DNA of 64,000 nucleotides from Bacteroidales bacterium (GTDB lineage: Bacteria; Bacteroidota; Bacteroidia; Bacteroidales; UBA12077): NCBI GenBank assembly GCA_028282585.1, contig JANQHR010000126.1, positions 1 to 64,000 on the forward strand, given 5' to 3'. The translations under genes were made by a program, and so were the position numbers. Below are positions 1 to 9,358 of this stretch, piece after piece (position 1 is the first letter of the stretch; each line of letters opens with the position of its first letter). Below the pieces are notes generated by a model. The model searched no databases and was not told the origin of the DNA. It worked only from the letters and a program-made list of their open reading frames with translations.

Positions 1-1
1 A

Positions 2-196
2 GAGTCAAGGAAAGCTAAGAATAAAATTAAGAAAAAGAAACAACTTCAGAAACAAAAAAAACGGCTGCAAGAAAAGAAAGAAAAGTTACAAAAAAAGCAA
101 AAGATTAAGAAAGCAAAGGATAAATTTAAAAGAGAAAAGAAGCAAAAGAGAAAAAAGGATAAATCACGAAAGAAAAAACAAAGAAAAAGTAAATAA
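2..196 (+). CDS. 3' end of a gene truncated by the window edge; extremely Lys/Arg-rich C-terminal tail
   Basis: Frame 2 is open from the window start (ESRKAKNKIKKKKQLQKQKKRLQEKK...KKQRKSK) to TAA at 194-196, 2 nt before the next ATG. Confidence 0.65.
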   Translation, partial: ESRKAKNKIKKKKQLQKQKKRLQEKKEKLQKKQKIKKAKDKFKREKKQKRKKDKSRKKKQRKSK

Positions 197-198
197 TT

Positions 199-720
199 AT
201 GGAAGATATATTTGATAGTTTGATATATATTATTATTGTAATAGTTGGTTTTGTTATATCAGCGTTGGGTAAGAAAAGAAAAAAATCGGCACAAAGGGTT
301 ATTCCAAATAAACAATCTCAGCCTACACAGCCTGCACAATCATCACAACCTACACAACAAAAAGAAAGGCCATTTTTGTCAAATCTGGAACAGTTATTGA
401 ATGAGGAATTAGGAATTGCTGAAGATAAATATGAAGATGTTTACGAAGAGGAAATACCTAAAAAGGAAGCCGAACCTATACTAGACAGTCCCTTTAGCAC
501 ATTGGATACAACCGAAAGTATTTTAGATTCTATTCCCGTTGAGAGCAGAAGTAATGAAGATGTTCCTTTTAGTATTGAATATGAGGACAATAACGAAATA
601 TTAAAGAATCCCATAAAAGCTGGGGAAATAATGGATGAAGAGGAGAGTGAAGTATTGAAAAATTTTGATTTAAAGGAAGCAATTATCTATTCAGAGATTA
701 TTAACCGAAAAGAATATTAG
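199..720 (+). CDS. Hypothetical membrane-anchored protein (N-terminal TM helix, acidic low-complexity body)
   Basis: Hydrophobic N-terminus followed by KKRKK; ends in FDLKEAIIYSEIINRKEY, a type of C-terminus seen in Bacteroidota hypothetical proteins. Confidence 0.75.
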   Translation: MEDIFDSLIYIIIVIVGFVISALGKKRKKSAQRVIPNKQSQPTQPAQSSQPTQQKERPFLSNLEQLLNEELGIAEDKYEDVYEEEIPKKEAEPILDSPFSTLDTTESILDSIPVESRSNEDVPFSIEYEDNNEILKNPIKAGEIMDEEESEVLKNFDLKEAIIYSEIINRKEY

Positions 721-792
721 ATTTTTAATTAGTTAACAGGTAGTTAAGAAGATTTCACTCTGTAATTATTGTGTGTTTATAATTTTTTTATT

Positions 793-800
793 TAAATTTG
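793..800 (+). promoter_or_regulatory. Bacteroidota sigma-70 -7 element upstream of greA
   Basis: TAAATTTG matches TAnnTTTG; TTG about 21 nt upstream. Confidence 0.55.
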
Positions 801-807
801 TACACGC

Positions 808-850
808 AAGAAGAGTTCCGAAACGTTTGGAATTCTTCTTTATTTATTTA
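808..850 (+). terminator. Hairpin plus T-rich tract in the greA leader (terminator or attenuator)
   Basis: aagaagagttcc-gaaacgttt-ggaattcttctt followed by tatttattta. Confidence 0.55.
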
Positions 851-885
851 TATCGCCAAAGGCATAAATTTTAAATTTAATAAAA

Positions 886-1359
886 ATGACAAAAGTTTCT
901 TACGTTACAGAACAAGGTTTGGAGAAGTTAAAGAAGGAGTTAGAACAGCTAGAGACTATTGAGAGACCCAAAATTTCCCAACAAATTGCAGAAGCTCGTG
1001 ATAAGGGCGATTTATCTGAGAATGCTGAATATGATGCTGCAAAGGAAGCACAGGGATTACTGGAAATGAAAATTAGCAAATTAAAAGATACCATAGCAAA
1101 TTCAAGAATACTTGATCAATCAAAATTAGATACTTCTACGGTACAAATTTTAAATAAGGTTAAGATCAAGAATAAAAAGAATGGAGCTGTAATGGAATAT
1201 ACTATTGTTTCCGATAGTGAAGCTAACCTAAAAGAGGGTAAAATGTCAATTAATACTCCAATAGCGAAAGGTTTACTGGGCAAAAAAGTAGGAGATGTGG
1301 CTGAAGTTCAAGTGCCATCTGGTAAAATGGAGTTCGAAATTGTAGAGATTTCTTTATAA
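886..1359 (+). CDS. greA: Transcription elongation factor GreA
   Basis: GDLSENAEYDAAKE signature; C-terminal SINTPIAKGLLGKKVGD. Confidence 0.97.
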   Translation: MTKVSYVTEQGLEKLKKELEQLETIERPKISQQIAEARDKGDLSENAEYDAAKEAQGLLEMKISKLKDTIANSRILDQSKLDTSTVQILNKVKIKNKKNGAVMEYTIVSDSEANLKEGKMSINTPIAKGLLGKKVGDVAEVQVPSGKMEFEIVEISL

Positions 1360-1369
1360 AATACCAAAT

Positions 1370-1765
1370 ATGTCTTCAATATTCACAAAAATTGTTCAAG
1401 GCGAGATTCCTTCTTACAAAATTGCGGAGGATGACAATTATTATGCCTTTCTGGATATTTTTCCTTTAGCAAAGGGTCATACCCTGGTAATTCCTAAAAA
1501 GGAAGTTGATTATTTATTTGATTTAGATGATGAAACTTTGGCCGGTTTAAATGTTTTTGCTAAAAGAGTTGCGAAAGCTATTGATAAAACAATTGAATGT
1601 AAACGTGTTGGAGTTGTAGTTTTGGGCTTGGAAGTACCACATGCCCATATTCATTTAATTCCTCTACAAAGTGAAGCTGATGCATGTTTTTCAAAGCCAA
1701 AACTAAAATTATCAGAAGAAAAATTTAAAGAAATTGCTGAAAAAATTAGTTCAGCGTTCGAATAA
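1370..1765 (+). CDS. HIT family nucleotide hydrolase
   Basis: SIFTKIVQGEIP start, GHTLVIPK, HAHIH histidine triad. Confidence 0.95.
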   Translation: MSSIFTKIVQGEIPSYKIAEDDNYYAFLDIFPLAKGHTLVIPKKEVDYLFDLDDETLAGLNVFAKRVAKAIDKTIECKRVGVVVLGLEVPHAHIHLIPLQSEADACFSKPKLKLSEEKFKEIAEKISSAFE

Positions 1766-1785
1766 AAATATACTTGGTTATTAAT

Positions 1786-1820
1786 AACATCCGAAGTTTA
1801 TTGAGCTTCGGATGTTTTTG
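1786..1820 (+). terminator. Rho-independent terminator after greA-HIT
   Basis: aacatccgaag / cttcggatgtt stem followed by a T run. Confidence 0.8.
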
Positions 1821-1939
1821 TTATGTATAATCAGTTAAAATATGTTAAATACAATTACAATCAAAAATATAAAGTTTTGCAACAGCGTTATTTAATTAAC
1901 AGGAAGATTACCATTTTCGTTAAAGAAAGTTAAATGACA

Positions 1940-1965
1940 CAACCGTAAAAAGTTGATTTCGTATA
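1940..1965 (+). promoter_or_regulatory. Putative ECF-sigma promoter upstream of tonB
   Basis: CAAC-N16-CGTATA, same spacing as the motif upstream of queA. Confidence 0.4.
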
Positions 1966-2016
1966 CTTTAATAAAGCCGGCCTTTTAGCGAAAGTTTGTG
2001 GGGAGATAATGTTTAA

Positions 2017-2057
2017 CCCGTCTGCCAATCTATCTGAAAAAGTAGGACAGGCAGGCC
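2017..2057. repeat. Short GC-rich imperfect palindromic repeat element
   Basis: cccgtctgcc...gacaggcaggcc; its reverse complement shares ggcctgcctgtc and ggcagac with 36602-36644. Confidence 0.55.
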
Positions 2058-2073
2058 TCAAAACCCCAACATC

Positions 2074-2754
2074 ATGGAAACAAAAAAATCGAAACGCGCA
2101 AATTTGGAGAAGTATCGCATGATTTTCTTACAAATCGGACTCATCCTTACCCTCTCAACCATTCTTTTTGCTTTTGAATGGAAAACATCTCTTGAACTCG
2201 AAAAATTTAATGGTTCTAAAATGGAATGGAAAGATGTCGAAGATTATCCTCCACCAACAATGCCTAAAGAAGAGATACCTAAAAAAGTAGAACCGCCTTC
2301 TTTTGAATTGAAAATTGTTGATGATTTAAATGAAGATGTAATCGATGATTTAAGCCATCTTATATCTGAGATTGAGGAAACAGATGAGCTTAGGATTGTT
2401 GAAATAGAAGATTATAGGGATGAGGATGTATATGATGAGCCTTTTATTAGGGTTGAATTTATGCCTACATTTCAGGAAAAGGACAGTAAATACTTTAGAA
2501 ATTATATTTCTAAAAAGGTGAAATTTCCTTCAAGTGCCGTTGAGCATGGAATCAAAGGGACTGTTTTTGCTTCATTTATAGTTGATAAAGATGGTACAGT
2601 GACAAATACTGAAATAGTTAGAGGGGTGCATCCAATAATTGATAAAGCAGTAATAGATGCAATTGAAGATTCTCCTAAATGGGAACCTGGAATTAACAAT
2701 GGCAAGTTTGTTAAAGTGAAATTTACAATAGCTATAAAATTTGACCTTATTTAA
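2074..2754 (+). CDS. tonB: Energy transducer TonB
   Basis: METKKSKRANLE start typical of Bacteroidota TonB, TM helix, Pro-rich linker, C-terminal TonB domain (GTVFASFIVDKDG...WEPG). Confidence 0.9.
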   Translation: METKKSKRANLEKYRMIFLQIGLILTLSTILFAFEWKTSLELEKFNGSKMEWKDVEDYPPPTMPKEEIPKKVEPPSFELKIVDDLNEDVIDDLSHLISEIEETDELRIVEIEDYRDEDVYDEPFIRVEFMPTFQEKDSKYFRNYISKKVKFPSSAVEHGIKGTVFASFIVDKDGTVTNTEIVRGVHPIIDKAVIDAIEDSPKWEPGINNGKFVKVKFTIAIKFDLI

Positions 2755-2770
2755 AATCAAAGTTTAAATG

Positions 2771-2800
2771 AAAAGCCGGTTGACGAACCGGCTTTTTTTA
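2771..2800 (+). terminator. Rho-independent terminator after tonB
   Basis: aaaagccggtt-gacg-aaccggctttttttt. Confidence 0.85.
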
Positions 2801-2834
2801 TTTTATCTTTCTTACTTGCTAATAACAAATTTAT

Positions 2835-2842
2835 TACCTTTG
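2835..2842 (+). promoter_or_regulatory. -7 promoter element of hflX
   Basis: TACCTTTG. Confidence 0.55.
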
Positions 2843-2874
2843 CAACCACAATTTTAAAGGAGGAAGTTTGCGGA

Positions 2875-4068
2875 ATGCCAAGACTTATTGATACTGCTCC
2901 AAAACCTGAATATGCGGTGTTGGTTGGAGTAATAAATCAAGAACAAGATACAAAGCAAGTACAAGAATATTTAGACGAGCTGGCTTTCTTAATAGAAACT
3001 GCTGGTGCTATTCCTGTTAAGCAATTTACACAACAAGTTAACAATCCTAATCCACGTACCTTTATTGGAGAAGGGAAATTATCGGAGATAGAATACTATA
3101 TAAAAAATAACGATATAGATATGGTTGTTTTCGACGATGATTTATCACCAACCCAATATAGGAATATCGAAAAAGTACTAAAATGCAAGCTTCTTGATCG
3201 CACCAATTTAATTCTGGATATTTTTGCCAAGAGGGCACAAACTGCGCATGCTAAAACACAGGTTGAGTTAGCTCAATACGAATATTTATTGCCACGGCTA
3301 GTTGGTATGTGGACCCACTTAGAACGACAGCGCGGTGGTATTGGATTACGAGGTCCTGGTGAAACAGAGATTGAAACTGACCGTCGTATTGTGCGGGATA
3401 AAATTGCACGGCTAAAGGAACAGTTAGTAAAAATTGACAAGCAAAAAGCTACACAACGTAAAAACCGTGGCAAGATGGTTCGGGTTGCTTTGGTTGGTTA
3501 TACCAATGTAGGGAAATCAACCATAATGAATATGTTAAGTAAATCTGAAGTTTTTGCTGAAAATAAACTTTTTGCTACCCTTGATACAACGGTAAGAAAG
3601 GTTGTTATTGAAAATCTCCCGTTTTTATTATCTGATACTGTAGGTTTTATAAGAAAACTTCCTCATAGTTTGGTTGAGTCTTTTAAATCAACTTTAGATG
3701 AAGTGCGTGAATCAGATATTTTACTGCATGTGGTGGATATTTCGCACCCTAATTTTGAGGAGCATATTCAGGTTGTAAATCAAACCCTGAATGAAATTGG
3801 AGAGGTTAAAGCTGAAAATTATATCGTTTTTAATAAAATGGATGCCTATACTTACGAAAAGAAAGATGAAGATGATTTAACTCCTAAAACTCAAGCAAAT
3901 TATACTCTGGAAGAATTAAAAAACACATGGATGGCAAAAAATAACGATAATTGCATTTTCATTTCGGCCAAACACAAAAAGAATATCGAAGAATTTAAAA
4001 AGTTAATCTACAATAAGGTAAAAGAAATTCATTCGGTCCGTTATCCTTATAATGATTTCTTATACTAA
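2875..4068 (+). CDS. hflX: Ribosome-splitting GTPase HflX
   Basis: GPGETEIETDRR, GYTNVGKST, LFATLDTT, DTVGF, NKMD motifs. Confidence 0.97.
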   Translation: MPRLIDTAPKPEYAVLVGVINQEQDTKQVQEYLDELAFLIETAGAIPVKQFTQQVNNPNPRTFIGEGKLSEIEYYIKNNDIDMVVFDDDLSPTQYRNIEKVLKCKLLDRTNLILDIFAKRAQTAHAKTQVELAQYEYLLPRLVGMWTHLERQRGGIGLRGPGETEIETDRRIVRDKIARLKEQLVKIDKQKATQRKNRGKMVRVALVGYTNVGKSTIMNMLSKSEVFAENKLFATLDTTVRKVVIENLPFLLSDTVGFIRKLPHSLVESFKSTLDEVRESDILLHVVDISHPNFEEHIQVVNQTLNEIGEVKAENYIVFNKMDAYTYEKKDEDDLTPKTQANYTLEELKNTWMAKNNDNCIFISAKHKKNIEEFKKLIYNKVKEIHSVRYPYNDFLY

Positions 4069-5049
4069 CTTATTTTCTATTAAATACTCTGCAATCTGAA
4101 TAGCATTTGTAGCTGCACCTTTTCTAAGATTATCAGAGACTATCCAAAAATTAAGACTGTTGGGTTGAGAAAAATCTCTTCTAATTCTACCAACAAAAAC
4201 ATCGTCTTTTGATTCTGAATATAAAGGCATGGGGTAAAAATTATTTTCAGGATCATCTTGAATAGTTATTCCTGGTGCTTCAGAAAGAAGTTTTTTTACT
4301 TCACTCAAATCAAAATTATTTTCGAACTCAATATTTACCGCCTCTGAATGTCCTCCATAAGTTGGAATACGCACTACGGTTGCAGTAACATTAATGGATT
4401 GATCACCGATTATCTTCCTGGTTTCATTTACCAGCTTTGTTTCTTCAGTTGTATATCCGCTTTCGTCAAATGTTCCGCCATGTGGTATACAGTTAAGGTC
4501 AATTTGATGAGGATAAGTCATTTTGCCTTCAATGCCAGCTCTTTCATTTTTTAATTGTTGAACAGCACTAACTCCTGATCCTGTAACGGATTGATAAGTT
4601 GAAACAACAACTCTTTTAATTTTATATTTACTATGTAAAGGAGCTAACGCAACAACCATTTGTATTGTAGAACAATTTGGATTTGCAATAATTTTATCTT
4701 CTTTGGTCAAAACTTGAGCATTTACCTCAGGAACTACTAATTTAATATTCTCTTTCATTCTCCATGCAGAAGAATTATCAATTACAGTAGTGCCAACTTT
4801 TACAAATTCCGGGGCCCATTGTTTTGAAGCTGATCCACCAGCAGAAAATAGAGCAATATTCGGTTTTAAAGAAATAGCTTGTTTCATTCCAATTACTTCT
4901 ATTTGTGAATTGTTAAAATCTATTTTCTTACCAACTGATTTTTCTGAGGCTACAGCATAGACTTCTGTAAACGGAAAACTCCTTTCAAGAAGAGAGTTAA
5001 GCATTACTTTTCCTACCAGCCCGGTAGCTCCAACAACAGCTATTTTCAT
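4060..5049 (-). CDS. asd: Aspartate-semialdehyde dehydrogenase
   Basis: VGATGLVG, IDNSSAWRM, NPNCST catalytic Cys, DNLRKGAA. Confidence 0.97.
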   Translation of the reverse strand: MKIAVVGATGLVGKVMLNSLLERSFPFTEVYAVASEKSVGKKIDFNNSQIEVIGMKQAISLKPNIALFSAGGSASKQWAPEFVKVGTTVIDNSSAWRMKENIKLVVPEVNAQVLTKEDKIIANPNCSTIQMVVALAPLHSKYKIKRVVVSTYQSVTGSGVSAVQQLKNERAGIEGKMTYPHQIDLNCIPHGGTFDESGYTTEETKLVNETRKIIGDQSINVTATVVRIPTYGGHSEAVNIEFENNFDLSEVKKLLSEAPGITIQDDPENNFYPMPLYSESKDDVFVGRIRRDFSQPNSLNFWIVSDNLRKGAATNAIQIAEYLIENKLV

Positions 5050-5124
5050 TGTTTAATAATAAATTAAATATTCTCAAGTTCATTTTTACTATCTTTCAAA
5101 ATTAAATATTTAATCCATTAAAAA

Positions 5125-8100
5125 ATGTTAAAACGCTTATTAATTCTAATCTCTTTTATTCCAACTATATCAATAGCGCAATTAAACAATGATTTTGAAG
5201 ATACAAATATATCAAAGTGGACACAAAGCACTGCAGGTCGATGGGCCGCATCCGATATTACACCTATAACCGGCGCTTATTCATTACATCATACTTTTGA
5301 TAATCCTGGGTCCGGCAAAGATCAAATTTCAATAGCTTTACCAACTTTAAATATGGATGAAGATACAATTATCTGGAAATTTAGATTATTACATGGCTAT
5401 AATCCATCATCGTCCAATAACTGGAGCGTATTTTTAATGAGCGATGCCAATGCAAAAGAAATGTATCCTTCCGGTTCAGCAAATGGGTATGCCCTGGGAG
5501 TGAATTACACCGGGTCAACTGATATATTAAAGTTTTGGAAAATTACATCAGGAAGTGCTTCAGAACTTTTTAGTACATCGATTAACTGGCAAACTGATGT
5601 AGGAACTTCAAAAGCACCGGCAATTGAGGTTATTAGGGCTGAAACTGGAGAGTGGAAAGTGAGTATTAATATAGATGGAGATTTTAATAACTTAACTGAG
5701 GTTGGTTCTGGTATAGATAATTCGTATACGTTCTCAGATTATTTTGGTATTTATTATGAATATTCTTCGTCGCAAGACCAGCAATTATGGATTGATGACA
5801 TTGAAGTAATTGGTGATATCTATACAGATAATAGCCCTCCACTGATTGATACTTTAGAGATAATCTCGCCTACGCAACTTAAAATCGAATTTAACGAACC
5901 TTTGGATTCTGCAATAGCCATTAATAGTTTAAATTATAACGTAGATGGAGGAATTGAGAACCCTGATTCTATTAGTATCGATGCTCATAAGAAATTTGTT
6001 GAATTGTATTTACCTAGGGATTTAACTAACAAAGAATACTATAACATTACAATTCGAAATATAGAAGATGGAGCTGGTAATATATTAAGTGATACAACAA
6101 TCCACTTTTTATATTTTGAACCGGAAGCCTTTGATATAGTGATAAATGAAATCATGGCAGACCCAACTCCTAAGGTTAATTTACCTGAATATGAATATAT
6201 TGAAATATTTAATACCAGCGGGTTTGATATTGATTTAAGTGGGTGGAAGCTGAAAATTGGTTCAACGATAAAAGATTTTCCGGACTATATATTGGATTCT
6301 GCGGCTTATGCAATTCTATGCTCAAGTTCCTCCGTTGACGCACTTGATAATTATGGCAGCGTAATAGAGTTTTCTTCTCTTTCAATAACAAATTCAGGAA
6401 CGCCTATTGTTATTCTAGATGAACTTAATAATGTAATAGATACGGTAAATTTTACTGATAGCTGGTACCAGGATCCAGAAAAGGATGAAGGAGGATGGGC
6501 TTTAGAGCGAATTGACCCATTCAATACATGTTCTACTTTATCAAATTGGAAAGCAAGTACTAGTATTAATGGAGGAACTCCAGGAACGGAAAATTCGATA
6601 TTTGAATCAAATATTAATAATGTAGCTCCGCAATTGGAGAGCGTAGAAATTATTTCAAATACAGAATTAAAATTAATTTTTAATGAACCGGTTATTGAAT
6701 CCGCAATAAGTAATTTGTCTAATTATTCCGTTGACAATGGAATTGGAAATCCAATAAACGTAAATTTCAACGAAAACTTAATGGAAGTTGAGCTGAAGTT
6801 TTCTCAAACTTTTCCTCAAGAAATTGAACTTGTGTTAAGTATTGAAAATATGGAAGATGAGTGTGGAAAATTAAATAACCTAATAAGTTACGCTTACATA
6901 TATTACGAAGTTAAAGCTTATGATATTGTTATTAATGAGATAATGGCCGAGCCTGAGCCAGCTTTAGGATTGCCAGGGCATGAATATATTGAAGTATTTA
7001 ATACCAGCGGGTTTGATATTGGTTTGAGCGGATGGAAATTAAAAATTGGATCAACGTTTAAAGATTTTCCGGATTATATTCTGGATTCGGCAGAATATGC
7101 AATTCTATCTTCAAGTTCAGCGGTTGATGCCTTGGGTGGATATGGAAATGTAATAGAATTTTCCTCACTCTCACTTACAAACTCAGGAACTTCAATTATT
7201 ATTTTTGATGAACTAAATAATATTATTGATTCAATAAATTATTCGGATGATTGGTATCAAAATTCAGATAAAGAAGAAGGTGGTTGGTCGATTGAAAGAA
7301 TTGACCCCTTGAATACTTGTTCAACTTTTTCCAATTGGAAAGCAAGTACTAATTCTAATGGAGGAACTCCCGGAAAGGAAAACTCTGTTTTTACTTCAAA
7401 TATTGACAACGAATCTCCTCAGTTAGCAAATGTTGAAATTATTTCAGATACACAATTGAGAATAGTTTTTGATGAACCTGTTAAAGAGTTAGCATTAATT
7501 GAACAAACAAATTACTCAATTAATAATGGAATTGGAAATCCAATGTCTGTATTTGCAAATGATGATTTTCAGGAAATTGAACTGGTTTTTTCAACTCAAT
7601 TTCCGCAAGAAACCGAATTATTATTAAGCATTGAAAACATGATTGATGAATGCGGAAACACCGGTAATACTATTGAATATCTATTTACCCATTATGAAGT
7701 TAAACCTTATAATGTGGTTATCAACGAAATCATGGCAGATCCGGAACCGTCACTATTTTTACCCGAGTATGAATATATCGAGCTTTATAATACTACGGAT
7801 TATAATCTAAGTTTAAATGACTGGACATTAGCAGTTGGTAGTTCGGTTAAAACAATTTCCTTAGGAAATATTAATTCAGGAGATTACATTATATTATGTG
7901 ATGAGGATGCTGAATACTATTTTCAAGGCTATGGAAACGTTTTGTCATTTTCAAACTTCCCTTCACTGGGAAATTCAGAACAAACTTTGACTCTTAGAGA
8001 TTCTGAAGGTAAAATTATTTCAAACATTTTATATACTGATGAGTGGTACCAAGATGAATTTAAAGCTGAAGGAGGTTGGTCTTTAGAACAGATTGACCCA

Positions 8101-9354
8101 TTGAATCCATGTGGAGGTGAAAATAACTGGATCGCATCAGTTAATGAAAATGGAGGTACACCCGGAATAGAAAATTCTGTAAATAATAGCAACCCCGATG
8201 AAGAAGCACCGAAATTGGAAAGGGTTATTGTAATAGATGAAAACAATATTCAATTATTTTTCGATGAACCGCTTGATAGTTTATCAGCAATGTTAACCTC
8301 TTTATATAAAGTCGATCAAGGTATTGGAAGTCCTGATTCAATTAGTTTAATTGATCCCGATTATATAGCCTTAAAGCTATATTTTGATAATAATTTTAAA
8401 TTAGGCGCAGTTTATATACTAGAGATTTTAGGCGGATTAACTGATTGTGCGGGAAATGAAATAAATGAACATAATTCATCAAAGTTTTCTATTCCAGAAT
8501 TACCAGCAAGAAATGACTTAGTTATTAATGAAATTCTTTTTAATCCTTTACCAGATGGATTCGACTTTATTGAGATTTATAACAGATCAGAAAAGACAAT
8601 TGATCTTAAGGAAATTTTAATTGCTTCGTATGATGATGAAAAACTGGAGTTTAATACTATTGAGACGATAACAGGTGATGGACATCTGATTTTTCCACAA
8701 GATTACATCGTTATAACAGAAGATTCTGAGTCTGTTCAATTGCAATATATGACAACAAATCCTGAAGGATTTATCAACGTAGATGATTTACCAGGTTATA
8801 ATGATGACAAAGGGCGTGTTATACTTCTTGATAGGTGGCAAAATGAAATTGATAATTTAGGTTATGACGAGGACATGCATTTTGATTTACTGGCAACAAT
8901 CGAAGGAGTTTCGTTGGAAAGAATAAATTATGATAGGGATACTGATGATAAAACTAATTGGCATTCAGCTTCTGAATTGGTCGGTTTTGCTACTCCTGGA
9001 TATGAAAACTCTCAGTATATGGATGTTGGAGATATTGAAGATGAAGTGAGTGTTGAACCTGAAATTTTCTCACCGGATAATGATGGTTTTGAGGATTTTG
9101 CCAATATTAGTTTTACGCTTGATGAATCAGGTTATGTAGCAAATATAAAAATTTTTGATTCAAAAGGAAGGTTAGTTCGTTACCTGGCAAATAACCAGTT
9201 GCTTGGAATAAATGGAGTCATTAGCTGGGATGGTTTGGATGAAAAAAATCAAAAAGCACCGGTTGGAATTTATGTAGTATTTATTGAGATTTTTGATTTA
9301 GATGGAAATGTAAAGCAATTTAAAGAATCAGTTGTTGTAGGAACTAAATGGTAG
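5125..9354 (+). CDS. Secreted multi-lamin-tail-domain/Ig-like protein with a T9SS type-B-like (gliding motility-associated) C-terminus
   Basis: Signal peptide; four VINEI...E(Y/F)IE / SLER / (G/A)TPG units; IFSPDNDG...WDG...GIYVV C-terminus. Confidence 0.85.
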   Translation: MLKRLLILISFIPTISIAQLNNDFEDTNISKWTQSTAGRWAASDITPITGAYSLHHTFDNPGSGKDQISIALPTLNMDEDTIIWKFRLLHGYNPSSSNNWSVFLMSDANAKEMYPSGSANGYALGVNYTGSTDILKFWKITSGSASELFSTSINWQTDVGTSKAPAIEVIRAETGEWKVSINIDGDFNNLTEVGSGIDNSYTFSDYFGIYYEYSSSQDQQLWIDDIEVIGDIYTDNSPPLIDTLEIISPTQLKIEFNEPLDSAIAINSLNYNVDGGIENPDSISIDAHKKFVELYLPRDLTNKEYYNITIRNIEDGAGNILSDTTIHFLYFEPEAFDIVINEIMADPTPKVNLPEYEYIEIFNTSGFDIDLSGWKLKIGSTIKDFPDYILDSAAYAILCSSSSVDALDNYGSVIEFSSLSITNSGTPIVILDELNNVIDTVNFTDSWYQDPEKDEGGWALERIDPFNTCSTLSNWKASTSINGGTPGTENSIFESNINNVAPQLESVEIISNTELKLIFNEPVIESAISNLSNYSVDNGIGNPINVNFNENLMEVELKFSQTFPQEIELVLSIENMEDECGKLNNLISYAYIYYEVKAYDIVINEIMAEPEPALGLPGHEYIEVFNTSGFDIGLSGWKLKIGSTFKDFPDYILDSAEYAILSSSSAVDALGGYGNVIEFSSLSLTNSGTSIIIFDELNNIIDSINYSDDWYQNSDKEEGGWSIERIDPLNTCSTFSNWKASTNSNGGTPGKENSVFTSNIDNESPQLANVEIISDTQLRIVFDEPVKELALIEQTNYSINNGIGNPMSVFANDDFQEIELVFSTQFPQETELLLSIENMIDECGNTGNTIEYLFTHYEVKPYNVVINEIMADPEPSLFLPEYEYIELYNTTDYNLSLNDWTLAVGSSVKTISLGNINSGDYIILCDEDAEYYFQGYGNVLSFSNFPSLGNSEQTLTLRDSEGKIISNILYTDEWYQDEFKAEGGWSLEQIDPLNPCGGENNWIASVNENGGTPGIENSVNNSNPDEEAPKLERVIVIDENNIQLFFDEPLDSLSAMLTSLYKVDQGIGSPDSISLIDPDYIALKLYFDNNFKLGAVYILEILGGLTDCAGNEINEHNSSKFSIPELPARNDLVINEILFNPLPDGFDFIEIYNRSEKTIDLKEILIASYDDEKLEFNTIETITGDGHLIFPQDYIVITEDSESVQLQYMTTNPEGFINVDDLPGYNDDKGRVILLDRWQNEIDNLGYDEDMHFDLLATIEGVSLERINYDRDTDDKTNWHSASELVGFATPGYENSQYMDVGDIEDEVSVEPEIFSPDNDGFEDFANISFTLDESGYVANIKIFDSKGRLVRYLANNQLLGINGVISWDGLDEKNQKAPVGIYVVFIEIFDLDGNVKQFKESVVVGTKW
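6130..8496 (+). repeat. Intragenic tandem repeat, three ~789-nt (263-aa) LTD+Ig units
   Basis: Unit starts at 6130, 6919 and 7708; units 1 and 2 share long nucleotide matches such as tatttaataccagcgggtttgatatt. Confidence 0.8.
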
Positions 9355-9358
9355 TATA

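Noticed and set aside
313-360. QPTQPAQSSQPTQQ micro-repeat
   Set aside because: Low-complexity linker with 9-nt degenerate units; does not match the GC-rich repeat family convincingly
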